The notes under the pieces are model-generated. The model saw nothing but the letters and a program-made list of their open reading frames with translations. It searched no databases and was not told the DNA's origin. Shown here piece by piece: positions 20,042 to 33,287 of a DNA stretch of 64,000 nucleotides (its first letter is position 1; every line of letters begins with the position of its first letter). The translations under genes were made by a program, and so were the position numbers. Source of the DNA: Thermoplasmatota archaeon (GTDB lineage: Archaea; Thermoplasmatota; E2; DHVEG-1); contig JAUXAU010000004.1 in the NCBI GenBank assembly GCA_030619765.1, positions 5,717 through 69,716 of the forward strand. Reading direction: 5' to 3'.

Positions 20042-20749
20042 TTATCTGTTCTCAAAATAATGTAGAATTTTCTCTTTATCTAATCTTTTTTTCACTTGCG
20101 GATAGAGTTTTATTTCCTCTTCCTCAATCATAACTCTGTCTAAATCCATTTCTCTTAATCTATTAAACAATTCATGATTATTTTGTCTGATAGATACTAG
20201 CGCGATATTGAAACTCAGACTCTCATCTCTTAAATGTTCAAGTGCTTTCAATTGGTATTCAAATCCTCCCTCGGCTGCCGTAAGCCAGGAAAACTCTTCG
20301 GGGGTGCTTCCCTTCAGACACACGCGGATATGCAGATTTTTGAATTGAGATAATTCTTCCACATATGTTTTATCAACTCCCAAAAGTATGCCGTTGGTCT
20401 CAAGAATAAACAAAAATTCTGGGCGTATGTTTTCCAAAAGTGTGATTAAATGTTTTCTACCAATAGTGGGTTCACCACCAGATACCCGTACTCGATTATA
20501 TCCTTTCTTTCTTGCTATTTCATGGAGTTTATTAGCCACTTGTTGTGGCGAATAGGATTCGCCTGTATTTTTTGCATTCCATACACTCGAACCAGACCAG
20601 CAAAATTTACAACGAAGATTACATCCAACTGTATCAGCAGTTGATATGCCTCCATAGAAACCTGTTCCACGAAAACGATAATATTTCTTCATATATCCAT
20701 TAACAACAATATTCTCAGTTTTTTTAGAAAGTTCAACTGGATTATACAT
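20042..20749 (-). CDS. radical SAM protein (small, QueE/Tyw1-like fold)
   Basis: 'GCNLRCKFCWS' CxxxCxxC motif, 'SGGEPT'. Confidence 0.6.
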   Translation of the reverse strand: MYNPVELSKKTENIVVNGYMKKYYRFRGTGFYGGISTADTVGCNLRCKFCWSGSSVWNAKNTGESYSPQQVANKLHEIARKKGYNRVRVSGGEPTIGRKHLITLLENIRPEFLFILETNGILLGVDKTYVEELSQFKNLHIRVCLKGSTPEEFSWLTAAEGGFEYQLKALEHLRDESLSFNIALVSIRQNNHELFNRLREMDLDRVMIEEEEIKLYPQVKKRLDKEKILHYFENR

Positions 20750-20909
20750 TTAAACAAATATTTATGTGAGGAACTATAATATGCTTTTGGGATGACTTTA
20801 AATGATGGATAAAACGCAATCCAGAAAGGAAAAAAAGACCGCTGGAGAGGCAAATAATAGGCCAAAAAATTTATTAAACGGGTAACTTATTAATCATTTT
20901 CTGATGTAA

Positions 20910-22283
<1,374 letters not shown>

Positions 22284-22291
<8 letters not shown>

Positions 22292-23549
22292 TTTCTTCAA
22301 ATATTTCTTTGGCCCTATCAAGTTTTATCTTCTTTTCTTTGATCATTTGTTCTGCCACTTTATCTATCTGATCTCCCTTGGCACCAGCCATGACAGCAAT
22401 GTTTTTTGCATGAAGAGACATGTGTCCTTTTTGTATACCTGCAGTTGAAAGTGCGAGTACTGCTGCAAAGTTTTGTGCAAGTCCTAAACTAGCAACTACT
22501 CCAGCGAGTTCTTGTGCCGTCTTTATGTTAAGTATTTTTTTGCAGAGTATAGCCTTTGGATGTATATTTCCAGCACCACCAATAATTCCCACCGCAAGAG
22601 GCAATTCTAATTCACCAACCAGATCTCCATTTTTGTCTTTGTGATATGAAGAAAGTGAGGTATAAAAACCGTCTCTTGCTGCATAGGCATGTGCACCTGC
22701 TTCAATAGCACGGAAATCGTTTCCTGTGGCAATAATTAATGCGTCGATACCATTCATTATTCCTTTGTTATGGGTTGCTGCCCGATAAGGATCAATTGAT
22801 GCCAGGGTATAAGATTCAAGAAAAGCATCGACAACGTGTTCACCGCCCATTTTTTCCTTGTCAAAAACAGCTTTTGATTTTACAATTCGTTTGTCGGCAA
22901 GATTTGAAAGTATCTTTAACCTAACTTTCCCACTGGATATCTCTTCGAGGATTGGAGCTAAAGCCTCACACATTGTATTAACTGCATTTGCACCCATGGC
23001 ATCGCGAACATCAACAATTAGATGAATCACTATCATTTTCCCGATAGGACTGTCAAGTATTCGAATCTCTAAATCCTTTGCTCCGCCGCCAAACTTTACA
23101 AGAAGCTCGTCCTGAGCATTTGCTGTTCGTAAAATCTCTTTCTTATGATCCAATATTTTTTGTGCGGCACCTACCACATCCTTTACATTCAAAAGTTGAA
23201 TTTGACCGATCATCAAAGGATCCGTACTTTCAGTTGTGAATCCTCCTTTTATCCTAGCTATCTTGGCTGCATTGCTTGCTGCAGCAACAACACTTGATTC
23301 TTCGATAGCCATTGGAATAAGATAATCTTTGCCATTAACGAGAAAATTAACTGCAACACCGAGTGGCAACTCAAACGTTCCCAAAACATTCTCTATCATT
23401 CTGTCTGCAGTTTCTATATCTAGTGAAGAAGAAAATATCTTTGTTTCCTCCTCGTTCAAATCAGAAAAATTCTTTACAAATTCTACTCTTTTTTCAACTG
23501 GCATTTTATAAAGTCCTGAGACTTTGGATGATTTCTCAACACTTGACAT
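22284..23549 (-). CDS. hmgA: 3-hydroxy-3-methylglutaryl-CoA reductase
   Basis: 'DAMGANAVNTM', 'ELPLGVA' and other class I HMGR blocks. Confidence 0.88.
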
Positions 23550-23786
23550 CTTACTATGCCTCCTATTTTAGCTTTCCAGAAAACAGTTTACTATTTTTAT
23601 AATTGCGCATTTTAGTTACGTTTATTGTCGATGAATTACCAATATGCAGTTCTATTTCTGTGTTTTGCACTCCGATTATTTTTAAATTATTAGCAGGTTC
23701 TTTTCATGTTTTTTGATTACCTTTTTATGATAATTACAATAATGATTTTTAAAAAAAGATAAACAAGTGGTTTGACAGTTGAAATA

Positions 23787-25481
23787 TTATACTTTTATAA
23801 AGAACAATAACACAAACGCATTAGTATTTTTTATATTCATAGTTCCACCTGGCATCTTTGCATTCACTGTCACATCTGTTCTACCTATTCCCAATATTAA
23901 ATCTGATCTTACCGTTACTTGGCCTCCAGGAGGAATATTTGCAATCGAACCAGGGGTTTGATAACCTCGCAATATTAAACCACCGAGTAAGTTGATATTC
24001 CAGCTTATATTTTCAGCGTCTCCATCTCCAATGTTTTTGATAACAGCATTTACCTTAAATAATCCACCAGTTATATTGCCTATCTCGATTAAAGGTTCTA
24101 CAATATGTATTGAAAATGGTTCTGACCAATTACTCTCGGCACTATAAATATCCTTAGCTTTAACCTTAATTTCATAATCCCCTCCTGCAGTCCAAATATG
24201 ATTTGCAGTTATATTTATACCCTGAAAGTATGGTCCAAGCCACTCGCTGAAATTTCCATCACCCCAATCCCATTTATAAAATACTTGATCATTATCAGGG
24301 TCGGTCGTATTACTCGAAAATGTATATTCAAATCCTACGGCCCCATTTGTTGGTCCAGATGGTTGTTCTGGTGTCTTTGGCGGATCATTTATTCTTGTTG
24401 TGAAAAACCATATTGGCCCAGATGTTGAAGCATTATAATTATCCCAGGCAATAATCCTCCAATAATAGGTTAAGTTAACATCAAGTGTACCTGGATCATA
24501 TGCGGTTGCAGATTGATTATTTACTACTTTGGGTGGTGGGCTAACTGTTCCAAAGCATACATCATATGTTATAATATCACCAAGATCAGGATCGCCACCA
24601 ACCCAAGACATATCTATATTTACATCAACACCTGTCGACCCATTTGCAGGATAAGGATCGCTTGGTTCATATGGTGGATTATTTGGAATGTGTGCTATCT
24701 CTGTTTCATCTACATAACCATTACTGTTGTTATATACTGCCATTGTAACTTGAATATTGTTGGGAATAATATCACCAAAATCATTACCATGTTCATCTTC
24801 ATGGTCATTGCCGTTCCAAATAGTGCTATTTATATAACTGCTCCCGGCATCTATTGAAATATTTTCATCAAAAGCAAAGTCTAAAAATCCTAAATGATAT
24901 GGTACACCCAGAGATGTGTTATAACGAGATGAAATTTCAGTAATAAATGCTTGAATGTGCCCATTATATTGTGCAAATTCATTGTTTTGAATAACAATAG
25001 AAACATTAATCGTGGCATTTCCCAGCCATGATACAGTTATATTTGCGGTTATATTCGTCACCGTTCTATTTCCGCATATGTTAATGACCCCTGGAAGTTG
25101 GTTGAGATTATCACCTACTATCCTCTGATAATCCCCATCAAAAATAGAAGTTGGGGTAGATGAAAAACCATAACTATTTGACCAATTATATGCATCTCTA
25201 TTTAGAACATTCCCAAGTTCATCAAACACAATCATCGATGCATACTCAAAATCATAGTCTCCTGAAACGTATGTATTATACACGTTTTGACTCCAATTAT
25301 GACAGGGGCCACAAACTTGGGCAGATATTATTCCAGCAAAAACGGTATGCGAATAACCCTGGTTGGCCCCTTCACTTATCAATCTTATTGATGGTCTTGT
25401 AGATGATATTGCCACTGAAAAAGTCGAGATAATAAGCATACTGATTAATATATAAGTTATCTTCTTTGTCATTTTTATCAT
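23787..25481 (-). CDS. secreted/surface protein with PKD domain(s)
   Basis: Signal peptide; 'DPDNDQVFYKWDWGDGNFSEW' PKD signature; Asn/Thr-rich. Confidence 0.6.
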   Translation of the reverse strand: MIKMTKKITYILISMLIISTFSVAISSTRPSIRLISEGANQGYSHTVFAGIISAQVCGPCHNWSQNVYNTYVSGDYDFEYASMIVFDELGNVLNRDAYNWSNSYGFSSTPTSIFDGDYQRIVGDNLNQLPGVINICGNRTVTNITANITVSWLGNATINVSIVIQNNEFAQYNGHIQAFITEISSRYNTSLGVPYHLGFLDFAFDENISIDAGSSYINSTIWNGNDHEDEHGNDFGDIIPNNIQVTMAVYNNSNGYVDETEIAHIPNNPPYEPSDPYPANGSTGVDVNIDMSWVGGDPDLGDIITYDVCFGTVSPPPKVVNNQSATAYDPGTLDVNLTYYWRIIAWDNYNASTSGPIWFFTTRINDPPKTPEQPSGPTNGAVGFEYTFSSNTTDPDNDQVFYKWDWGDGNFSEWLGPYFQGINITANHIWTAGGDYEIKVKAKDIYSAESNWSEPFSIHIVEPLIEIGNITGGLFKVNAVIKNIGDGDAENISWNINLLGGLILRGYQTPGSIANIPPGGQVTVRSDLILGIGRTDVTVNAKMPGGTMNIKNTNAFVLLFFIKV

Positions 25482-25577
25482 TTATATAACTATTATTAGA
25501 ATACCATATATATAAATATTTATGACAAATAATCTAGTTTCTTGCAAAATACGCCGATATAACGTAAATTGGAAGTA

Positions 25578-27548
25578 TTAACTTCTCTTGTTAGTCTCTC
25601 TTGTTTTAACTGCAATACCATAGTTAAAGGAAAGCATCTCGCTTTTGTTTAACAGGCATCTTCCAACTGCAAGTAAATTATCTTTTTCATCAACAATTAA
25701 ACATTCATCAAGTGGTATTAATGCTGAATCACAATCTTCTACAAACTTAGCAAAGACACTTTTCCCTTCTTTAATAAAAGGAACAGCATCCTCTCTTACA
25801 ACAACTCTCAACTTTAGATATTTGAAAAAATCATGTAAAAGACTTGCACCGCCGATTTTTAAAGTAAACATGCCATCTGATGCTCGCATAGACAAAATGT
25901 GATTTCCATCACAATATATATTACGTATTTTACCAGTCTTTTTTGATTTGACAATCTTCATCTTTCCATTAAATAATGCCTTGGAGGCGTCTTTTCCGAA
26001 CTGCATGTCTGAAACAGCAGAAATTCTTCTAAAATCCATATCTATTTTCCTTTCTTCAGATACATCTGTTTCCAGGCTAGTTTTACCATCTTTCCAAAGT
26101 ATTACCTTTCTTCCCATCAAAAATTCATCAAATATCTTTCTTGATTCTTCATCAGTCTCTTTATCTATATTTTTAGGAAACACAGACTGTGCAAACGGAT
26201 ACATTTCATCAAGTTCAATAGGTACTGGACCCAAATGAGAATGTACTACTAGGTTTACATTTTTCTTTTTAAGAATTTCTTTTATGTATGGAGAATAGTA
26301 AGTTGAATATGGTTTATTTCCCTCTGGAAATACAATGGCAGTATCAAACAATTGTTCATATCTATTTAACAAACGTTTATGGATCCTATAAATAATAGGT
26401 CTATGAATAGTATGATCTCCAGTGTAAAATAAAGCTTTATTTTTGCTAATCGGCTCAAATTTTTCTAACCAAATCTTATTTTCTGTTTTTCTCAATTCTT
26501 TTAATGCATCTAGTAAATAGGGATTTGAACTGGCACGTCTTTCTACCAATTCCCAGAGATTTCCTTCAGAAATAGCAGATCTAATTTTTTTAATCTCGGC
26601 AAAACTAATGTAGAGATTATGCCTTGCTAATTGTAAAATAAGATCTGATTTCTCTAACTTTTTAAGCTCAGATGCAGTAAATTTTGTACATACGGGGCAA
26701 CAGCACGGTAGCTCATTTAAATCATCTAGCCTCTCTGTTCCCCATGGAAAAATCATTCTTCCATCATTTGCATATTTTGCATATGCAGAAGAATCAAAGA
26801 AGTCACAACCGAGTGCGACAGCCAAAGGAAATATCAATGGATGGCCTGCACCAAATAAGTGAACTGGCTTTGAAGGGTCTAGTCCTCTTTTGGATGAAAT
26901 GATGCACCGTACAAGGTCTACATATCTTTGATTTTCCATTAGAGGTACTACTCCACCTATTGGATAAAAATCAGCATCAATTTTACTAAGTTCTTTTGCA
27001 CATTTCACTCTAAGATCAGGATAAATAGAGCCCTGGACAGTACAGGCAAGCAACATATCGTCTTTCTCAGATGCGCTCTTTTTAGAGCGTTTAATCGTTT
27101 CTTTAATCCCCTGCTCTGCTTCTTTTTTGGTTTGATCAGGCCTTCCAAAAACATCTAAGACGGTCCCTACATCACTTCCAATATCTCTCTGAAATTTTAC
27201 AATCTCGATTGGGTCTATATCAATATCACCATATACATAAGACTGAAACGTTCCAGAGTCCGTCATAATGGGACCATCAAAATCTATGAGACTGTGAACT
27301 CCATTTTCTAAAACTTTCTCTTTATGTTCTTTGTGTTTGTTTATTATGTAAGAGTTAGTAATAACCATCTCGGTGCCAAAGAGTTTTTTCATTTCTCTTG
27401 GAGAGATAAGCATCTTGTTTGGATTTATGACAGGCATTAGATTAGGGGTAGTAACTGTTCCGTGTTTTGTGGTAAATTTACAAACCCTTCCTGCTGCGTC
27501 TCTGCCCTTAATTTCGAATTTCATTTCAAAGAGGATATCGAAATACAA
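25578..27548 (-). CDS. tgtA: archaeosine tRNA-guanine transglycosylase with a PUA domain
   Basis: Catalytic 'MTDSGTFQ', Zn site 'CCCPVC', 656 aa with C-terminal extension. Confidence 0.8.
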   Translation of the reverse strand: MYFDILFEMKFEIKGRDAAGRVCKFTTKHGTVTTPNLMPVINPNKMLISPREMKKLFGTEMVITNSYIINKHKEHKEKVLENGVHSLIDFDGPIMTDSGTFQSYVYGDIDIDPIEIVKFQRDIGSDVGTVLDVFGRPDQTKKEAEQGIKETIKRSKKSASEKDDMLLACTVQGSIYPDLRVKCAKELSKIDADFYPIGGVVPLMENQRYVDLVRCIISSKRGLDPSKPVHLFGAGHPLIFPLAVALGCDFFDSSAYAKYANDGRMIFPWGTERLDDLNELPCCCPVCTKFTASELKKLEKSDLILQLARHNLYISFAEIKKIRSAISEGNLWELVERRASSNPYLLDALKELRKTENKIWLEKFEPISKNKALFYTGDHTIHRPIIYRIHKRLLNRYEQLFDTAIVFPEGNKPYSTYYSPYIKEILKKKNVNLVVHSHLGPVPIELDEMYPFAQSVFPKNIDKETDEESRKIFDEFLMGRKVILWKDGKTSLETDVSEERKIDMDFRRISAVSDMQFGKDASKALFNGKMKIVKSKKTGKIRNIYCDGNHILSMRASDGMFTLKIGGASLLHDFFKYLKLRVVVREDAVPFIKEGKSVFAKFVEDCDSALIPLDECLIVDEKDNLLAVGRCLLNKSEMLSFNYGIAVKTRETNKRS

Positions 27549-27694
27549 TATTTAGTCTTTAGTTGAGAAGAAATTATCTATTTGTTGCCAATTGTATCTT
27601 TTTCAAAGCTTCAAATTTTTTATTTTGTAAAAATTCTACTATTTAAACGTATTTTTTATCTTTACGCGTTTACTTTATTAATGTCCACCATTTA

Positions 27695-28462
27695 TTAAGC
27701 GCCCATCTGTATAGGACTCACGATTCTTTTAAGTGTCGCAATTGCAGACAACGATGCCATGTAACTGGACTTTGGATTATTTGGATTAGGCATATTCTCT
27801 ATTTCTGCTCGTAACCTACCAAATTTCCCATGAGCCAAAATTTTATGATTTATTCTAGTAGCGACTGGGTCTGCAACTATTTCTACTTTTGTATCATCAA
27901 AACCTATACCTGCAAGAGATACGCTTGCAGCTACATTGATATTCTTTGGGAATTTTTTAACTGCTTCTCTGGCATTTCCCTCAAAAAGAATTGTTCTTTT
28001 ATTAAAATTTTTGCCTAGAGACGACGGCGGCTTTGTTGTTACAAGAGTTACTCCATCTATGCCACCAACACTGGCTGAAGATAACCCATCGATTCCAAAT
28101 ACTGCCCCAGCTGGAATGTAAATCTTACAATTTTTCTCTCTCGCAATTTTTTCGAGTTTCTTTCTAAAACTATCGTCAAGTAAACTTCCCACACTCATTA
28201 AAATCAAATCTCTGCCAGCTCTAAGTATTTTTTCAGCATATTTTCTTACTGCCTGTTGTGAGGCTCCCTCAAAAATAACATCGACATCTTCCAAAAAATC
28301 TTCTACATCATTGGTCTCTCCTTTTTTAATTGTTTTACAGAGATTCTCGGCTGCGTCCATGTCGGCGTCAAAAAGATATATCTTTTCAATCTCTTCCATC
28401 GTATCAGCAGCTTTTGCAACGTCAGTTCCAATTGCCCCACAACCAATTATTCCAAGATTCAT
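27695..28462 (-). CDS. nadX: L-aspartate dehydrogenase
   Basis: 'MNLGIIGCGAIG' Rossmann start, ~255 aa, divergent from nadC. Confidence 0.6.
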   Translation of the reverse strand: MNLGIIGCGAIGTDVAKAADTMEEIEKIYLFDADMDAAENLCKTIKKGETNDVEDFLEDVDVIFEGASQQAVRKYAEKILRAGRDLILMSVGSLLDDSFRKKLEKIAREKNCKIYIPAGAVFGIDGLSSASVGGIDGVTLVTTKPPSSLGKNFNKRTILFEGNAREAVKKFPKNINVAASVSLAGIGFDDTKVEIVADPVATRINHKILAHGKFGRLRAEIENMPNPNNPKSSYMASLSAIATLKRIVSPIQMGA

Positions 28463-28510
28463 ACAACTACCAAAACCTTAAAACGGCAAACCAATATAAA
28501 AAATATTATC

Positions 28511-29326
28511 ATGGACAATATTGATAGATTTCTAAAGGAAGATCTTGGAAGAGAAGGAGACATAACGTCTGAGTCTTTGTTTACTAACGAAGATGCCCAG
28601 GCAGAAATTATTGCAAAAGAAGATTGCATTGTTGCTGGCCTTGAAGAAATAGGAATAATTTTTGAAAGAACAGGCGCTGAAACAAAACTACGGGTAAATG
28701 ATGGGGACTCTGTCAAAAAAGACACGATAGTAGCTAAAATTATAGGACCAATATGTTCCATTCTTAAAGGCGAGAGATTAGCTCTTAACATGATAGGTAG
28801 AATGAGTGGTATTGCAACAGAAACAAAAAAGCTTGTAAATATCTGTCAAAAAATTAATCCCAATATAACTATAGCTGCCACAAGAAAAACGACACCTGGA
28901 TTTCGTAAATATGAAAAAAAGGCTGTCGTGATTGGTGGAGGGGAACCACATAGATTTGGATTATATGACGCAGTTATGATCAAAGATAATCATCTAAAAT
29001 TAATTGGCTCTGTAGAAGAAGCGATACAAAGAGTAAATAAAAAAATTCATAACAAAGTTATAGAAATTGAAGTAGAAAATGAAAAAGATGCGCTTATTGC
29101 TGCAAAGTTGAATGTAGATGTCATAATGCTTGATAATTTTGATCCAGATTTAGGAGAAAACACTGCAAAAAAAATTAGAAAAACAAATCCAAATATCCTT
29201 ATCGAAGTATCTGGAGGAATTACTCAAAAAAATATTGAAGAATATGCTTCTTTTGCAGATCGCATTTCACTTGGTTATTTGACACATTCAATTAAAAATA
29301 AAGATTTTTCTTTAGAAATTAATTAA
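28511..29326 (+). CDS. nadC: nicotinate-nucleotide pyrophosphorylase (quinolinate phosphoribosyltransferase)
   Basis: 'ATRKTTPGFR', 'DNHL', 'VSGGI' blocks. Confidence 0.85.
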   Translation: MDNIDRFLKEDLGREGDITSESLFTNEDAQAEIIAKEDCIVAGLEEIGIIFERTGAETKLRVNDGDSVKKDTIVAKIIGPICSILKGERLALNMIGRMSGIATETKKLVNICQKINPNITIAATRKTTPGFRKYEKKAVVIGGGEPHRFGLYDAVMIKDNHLKLIGSVEEAIQRVNKKIHNKVIEIEVENEKDALIAAKLNVDVIMLDNFDPDLGENTAKKIRKTNPNILIEVSGGITQKNIEEYASFADRISLGYLTHSIKNKDFSLEIN

Positions 29327-29426
29327 TTTTAAGGAAACTTTTAAGAACAGAAATGTCTTTACAATATTGTAAAAAATATAATATTCATAAGTGAGGGATT
29401 CTTATTATGCGGATGGTGACGTATTA

Positions 29427-30593
29427 ATGAAAAAGATTGTTGAAGATGCAATAGCATCTGCCAATAATGAGAAGAAGGATGATGTAGACACTGCTAAAAA
29501 AAATGTAAAGACAGTAAAAAAATCCAATAGAGATGATGCTCAAGAAAGTTTCAAGATAGCAGGTGGTGTTGACAACAAAGAATTAGAGGAAGTTTTGGCG
29601 GGACTTACCACAACCATTAAAGTTGTTGGATGTGGTGGCGCTGGAACAAATACAATTGCACGTTGTTTTGCAGAGGGCATTACTGGTGCAGCTTTGATAT
29701 CTATCAATACTGATGCTCAGCACCTTTTACTATCAGAATCACCCCATAAGATCTTAATTGGTAGACATCTTACTCGTGGTTTAGGTGCTGGTTCTCTCCC
29801 ACAGATCGGAGACGAAGCTGCAAGGGAGAGCGAACAAGACATTCGTGGGGCAATTGTACCTGCCGATATGATTTTTGTTACATGTGGACTTGGTGGTGGA
29901 ACTGGAACTGGTTCTGCTCCTATTGTAGCTCAGATTGCTAAAGAAACAGGTGCACTAACAATAGGTGTAGTAACCCTTCCATTCGGTGTTGAAGGCATCA
30001 TAAGAATGGAAAATGCAGAAGAAGGTTTGAAACGTTTAAGAGAAATCTGTGATACTGTCATTGTTATTCCAAATGACAAATTGCTTGATATTGTTCCTAA
30101 CTTATCATTAAACGCTGCCTTTAAAGTTGCCGATGAAGTGCTTATGCGATCAATAAAAGGCATAACTGAAATGATAACAATGCCGGGATTAGTCAATTTA
30201 GATTTTGCTGATCTTAAAACAGTAATGAAACGAGGCGGAGTAGCTATGATTGGTCTTGGTGAAGCAGAAGGTGAAAACAAAGCAGTAAATGCTGTTTCTG
30301 AAGCACTTAATTCTCCATTATTAGAAGTTGATATCTCAGGTGCAACGGGAGCTCTTGTCAATGTTACGGGCGGAGATGATATGACCATTAGTGAAGCGGA
30401 AAAGGTAGTAGAAGAAATTTATTCTAAAATTGATCAAAATGCACGTATTATATGGGGTACAACCATTGAACCATCGCTCAAAAGAAGTTTACGTGCTATG
30501 TTGGTTATTACAGGAGTAAAATCAAAACAGATTCTTGGTCCATCACAAAGATCTTTTGAAAATAAAGAATATGGGATTGATTTTGTAGCATAA
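29427..30593 (+). CDS. ftsZ: cell division GTPase FtsZ
   Basis: '[10 protein letters not shown]' tubulin signature. The ORF opens at GTG 29391, but the ATG at 29427 follows a GGTGA Shine-Dalgarno-like sequence. Confidence 0.9.
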   Translation: MKKIVEDAIASANNEKKDDVDTAKKNVKTVKKSNRDDAQESFKIAGGVDNKELEEVLAGLTTTIKVVGCGGAGTNTIARCFAEGITGAALISINTDAQHLLLSESPHKILIGRHLTRGLGAGSLPQIGDEAARESEQDIRGAIVPADMIFVTCGLGGGTGTGSAPIVAQIAKETGALTIGVVTLPFGVEGIIRMENAEEGLKRLREICDTVIVIPNDKLLDIVPNLSLNAAFKVADEVLMRSIKGITEMITMPGLVNLDFADLKTVMKRGGVAMIGLGEAEGENKAVNAVSEALNSPLLEVDISGATGALVNVTGGDDMTISEAEKVVEEIYSKIDQNARIIWGTTIEPSLKRSLRAMLVITGVKSKQILGPSQRSFENKEYGIDFVA

Positions 30594-30646
30594 AAACAGC
30601 CAAATTCTTTATATATGACCTAACATTTGACCCTTACTCATTATAG

Positions 30647-30907
30647 GTGTCTAGATTGAAAAAGGACGTAGGCATAATCGACAGAGCTTGGGAACTACAA
30701 CACAAAATAGAAGTAAGACAACAAAGGATAGGTAAAGGGAAGTACGGGAGAGTCCTTAAAATGGCTCGTAAGCCCACCAATGAGGAATATGAAAAAACAT
30801 CTAAGATTACAGGCTTAGGGATACTATTGGTTGGATCAATCGGCTTTACTATATACATTATTAAAGAGTTAGCAGTACCTTGGATATTATCAGCACTTGG
30901 TTATTGA
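30647..30907 (+). CDS. secE: protein translocase subunit SecE/Sec61-gamma
   Basis: '[16 protein letters not shown]...[14 protein letters not shown]' with a single TM; located upstream of spt5 and rpl11. Confidence 0.7.
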   Translation: MSRLKKDVGIIDRAWELQHKIEVRQQRIGKGKYGRVLKMARKPTNEEYEKTSKITGLGILLVGSIGFTIYIIKELAVPWILSALGY

Positions 30908-31433
30908 ATGGTTGGTGCATATTGTGCAGAACAACGATTTTGAAGAATTAGATGAGGAACAGTCAAACATATTTACTATCAAAACTCAGGTTGGTAAAGA
31001 ACAAAATACTGCTGATCTTATCAATAGTAGAGCAGATAAATCGAAATTGGACATTCCATCAATACTTGTGACGCCTGAACTTAGAGGATATATATTTGTA
31101 GAAGGCTTTGATGAAGAACGCTTAAAGAATACGATTAAAACAATTTCATATGCACGGAATGTGCTCGAGGGAGACATTCCTATTGATCAAATAGAACATT
31201 TCCTTACGCCGGCTTCTGCAGTCGCAAAGATTACTGAGGGAGATACCGTTGAGATGGTCGCAGGACCATTTAGAGGGGAAAAAGCAAAGATAACCCATAT
31301 AGACTATGCAAAAGAGGAAATTACCGTTGAACTATTAGATTCAATGGTTCCTATACCAATAACTGTTCGGGGAGAACAAGTAAGAATCATTAAAAGAAAG
31401 GAAGAAGACAATAATAAAGAGAAGAAGGAGTGA
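30897..31433 (+). CDS. spt5: transcription elongation factor Spt5 (NusG family)
   Basis: NGN domain plus KOW '[15 protein letters not shown]'; start codon uncertain (TTG/GTG). Confidence 0.8.
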   Translation: MVIEWLVHIVQNNDFEELDEEQSNIFTIKTQVGKEQNTADLINSRADKSKLDIPSILVTPELRGYIFVEGFDEERLKNTIKTISYARNVLEGDIPIDQIEHFLTPASAVAKITEGDTVEMVAGPFRGEKAKITHIDYAKEEITVELLDSMVPIPITVRGEQVRIIKRKEEDNNKEKKE

Positions 31434-31439
31434 AATAAC

Positions 31440-31916
31440 ATGGCAGAAACAATAAAAGCACTTATTGAAGGAGGAAAAGCATCTGCAGGTCCACCATTGG
31501 GTCCGGCTCTTGGTCCCATGGGTATAAATATTATGCAGGTCATAAATACAATCAACGATAAAACTAAAGAGTTCGAAGGGATGAAGGTTCCAGTAAAAGT
31601 CATTATCGATCCAAAGACAAAGAATTTTGAGATAGAGGTAGGTACTCCTCCCGCAGCATCATTAATTCTTAACGAAATGGGTGGAGAAAAAGGATCAGGC
31701 TCGCCATCAAAGCACAAGATAGGCAATATTACCATCGATCAAGCCATTAAGGTCGCTAAGATGAAATTTGATAATCTCCTAGGAAAAGATTTAAAAGAAA
31801 AAACAAAAGAAATCATAGGAACCTGCATATCGATGGGCGTTACTGTTGAAGGAAAGAATCCAAAAGAAATACAGAAAGCAATCGATGAAGGCGAATACAA
31901 CTCTAAATTCGCTTAA
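31440..31916 (+). CDS. rpl11: 50S ribosomal protein L11 (uL11)
   Basis: 'GPPLGPALGPMGIN' signature. Confidence 0.9.
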   Translation: MAETIKALIEGGKASAGPPLGPALGPMGINIMQVINTINDKTKEFEGMKVPVKVIIDPKTKNFEIEVGTPPAASLILNEMGGEKGSGSPSKHKIGNITIDQAIKVAKMKFDNLLGKDLKEKTKEIIGTCISMGVTVEGKNPKEIQKAIDEGEYNSKFA

Positions 31917-32065
31917 TAACTTGCCCTTGGTTTTAACAACTTTAATTAACATTTTTTTTACTCAAAAATCATAAAATTCAAATCTAACCCGCGAATCTGA
32001 CTTTGTACAACTATTTTAAGGAATTGAAAAAGAAAAAAAGAGAAAGAATTGGTTTTAATCTGGTT

Positions 32066-33130
32066 CTATAACCCTAGCATGTGCCTTATTACCGGGAACA
32101 TATGTGGGTGTTGCTGTAGGAATCTTAGGAATAACAGGTTCATGTTGAATGCTCTGTTTTTCGGCATACTAACATCCAGGGTTCCCTCTGGACCTTCAAG
32201 ACCATGCTCGTCTTGGGCTATTGCTGTGATGGTATAGGTACCCTTTTCAGCCCAAGTATGACTCACTGTTACCGGTGTACCAGATGCAGAAAAGCCAGTC
32301 CATTCTGTGTTGCCATCTCCCCAATCTATGAAGTATTTGACATCATTTCCATCAGGATCTACTGCATTGAATGTGTACTCATATTCCTTTCCTGTTTTTC
32401 CACTTGTTTGACCATCTATACTTGGTGCATTCGGAGGAGCATTATCTATTCCATATGTTTTGAAACACATATCCCAGGTAACAACATCTTCAAATATTGG
32501 TTGTGCACCTTGATTACTGAATGCTTCAGCTGTGTTTGGATAGGATGATGAAGCAGATTCATTTGTCCAGGTATCACCCTCATCAATTGAAACCCATGCA
32601 CATCCGTCAGGGTATGATTCAGAAATATTATTTGCTCCCCATGCATAAAAATTATCTGTAACATTCTCTGTTAAAGCAACAACGTAATATGTCAGGCCAG
32701 TTGTGACTGTAATATCGTCAAAGTCGATTTCCACCCAGTCGTAATCTTCAGTTGGTACCTGTGATGGATCAATATTTATTACTGTTAAGTCATCTTCTGT
32801 TAGTTCTTCTCTGATTGATACTGCCAAAGGATAAGTTGCTGTTGAGTTCTTACCAATAAAAAGCTCTACTCGAGTTAGTACATCTTTTGTCGGAATGAAT
32901 GACTGAGCAACTTGAATACATATTGGATTGTCAGGTATTGGAACATTACCTACTGGAACAGCAGTATTTTCTGTCATTACAGTTTGAGATTGATCTAACT
33001 CATCGCTGCGTGATGCCGTACCTGTTTTATAATCTAACAATTGGCTGTCAATGTTCACGTGTAATGCAACCGCTCCAAGTCCACTAAGAACTAAAATCCC
33101 TACTACCAATAATGGTAATATCTTTTTCAT
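32066..33130 (-). CDS. secreted PKD-domain protein
   Basis: Signal peptide; 'DPDGNDVKYFIDWGDGNTEW...TVSHTWAEKGTYTITAIAQD'. Confidence 0.55.
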   Translation of the reverse strand: MKKILPLLVVGILVLSGLGAVALHVNIDSQLLDYKTGTASRSDELDQSQTVMTENTAVPVGNVPIPDNPICIQVAQSFIPTKDVLTRVELFIGKNSTATYPLAVSIREELTEDDLTVINIDPSQVPTEDYDWVEIDFDDITVTTGLTYYVVALTENVTDNFYAWGANNISESYPDGCAWVSIDEGDTWTNESASSSYPNTAEAFSNQGAQPIFEDVVTWDMCFKTYGIDNAPPNAPSIDGQTSGKTGKEYEYTFNAVDPDGNDVKYFIDWGDGNTEWTGFSASGTPVTVSHTWAEKGTYTITAIAQDEHGLEGPEGTLDVSMPKNRAFNMNLLFLRFLQQHPHMFPVIRHMLGL

Positions 33131-33287
33131 ATTTTTTTTACCTCCCTTTATATTCTTATATATGTTGTAGTATATAAATGCTGCCCTCCATTACCAGACC
33201 CTTCTGGCTAAAACAAATTGGCAGTAATTATTTTAAGGACTTAAAAAAAGAGACTTTGTTTGTCACTATTATTCGTCTGACATAAAT

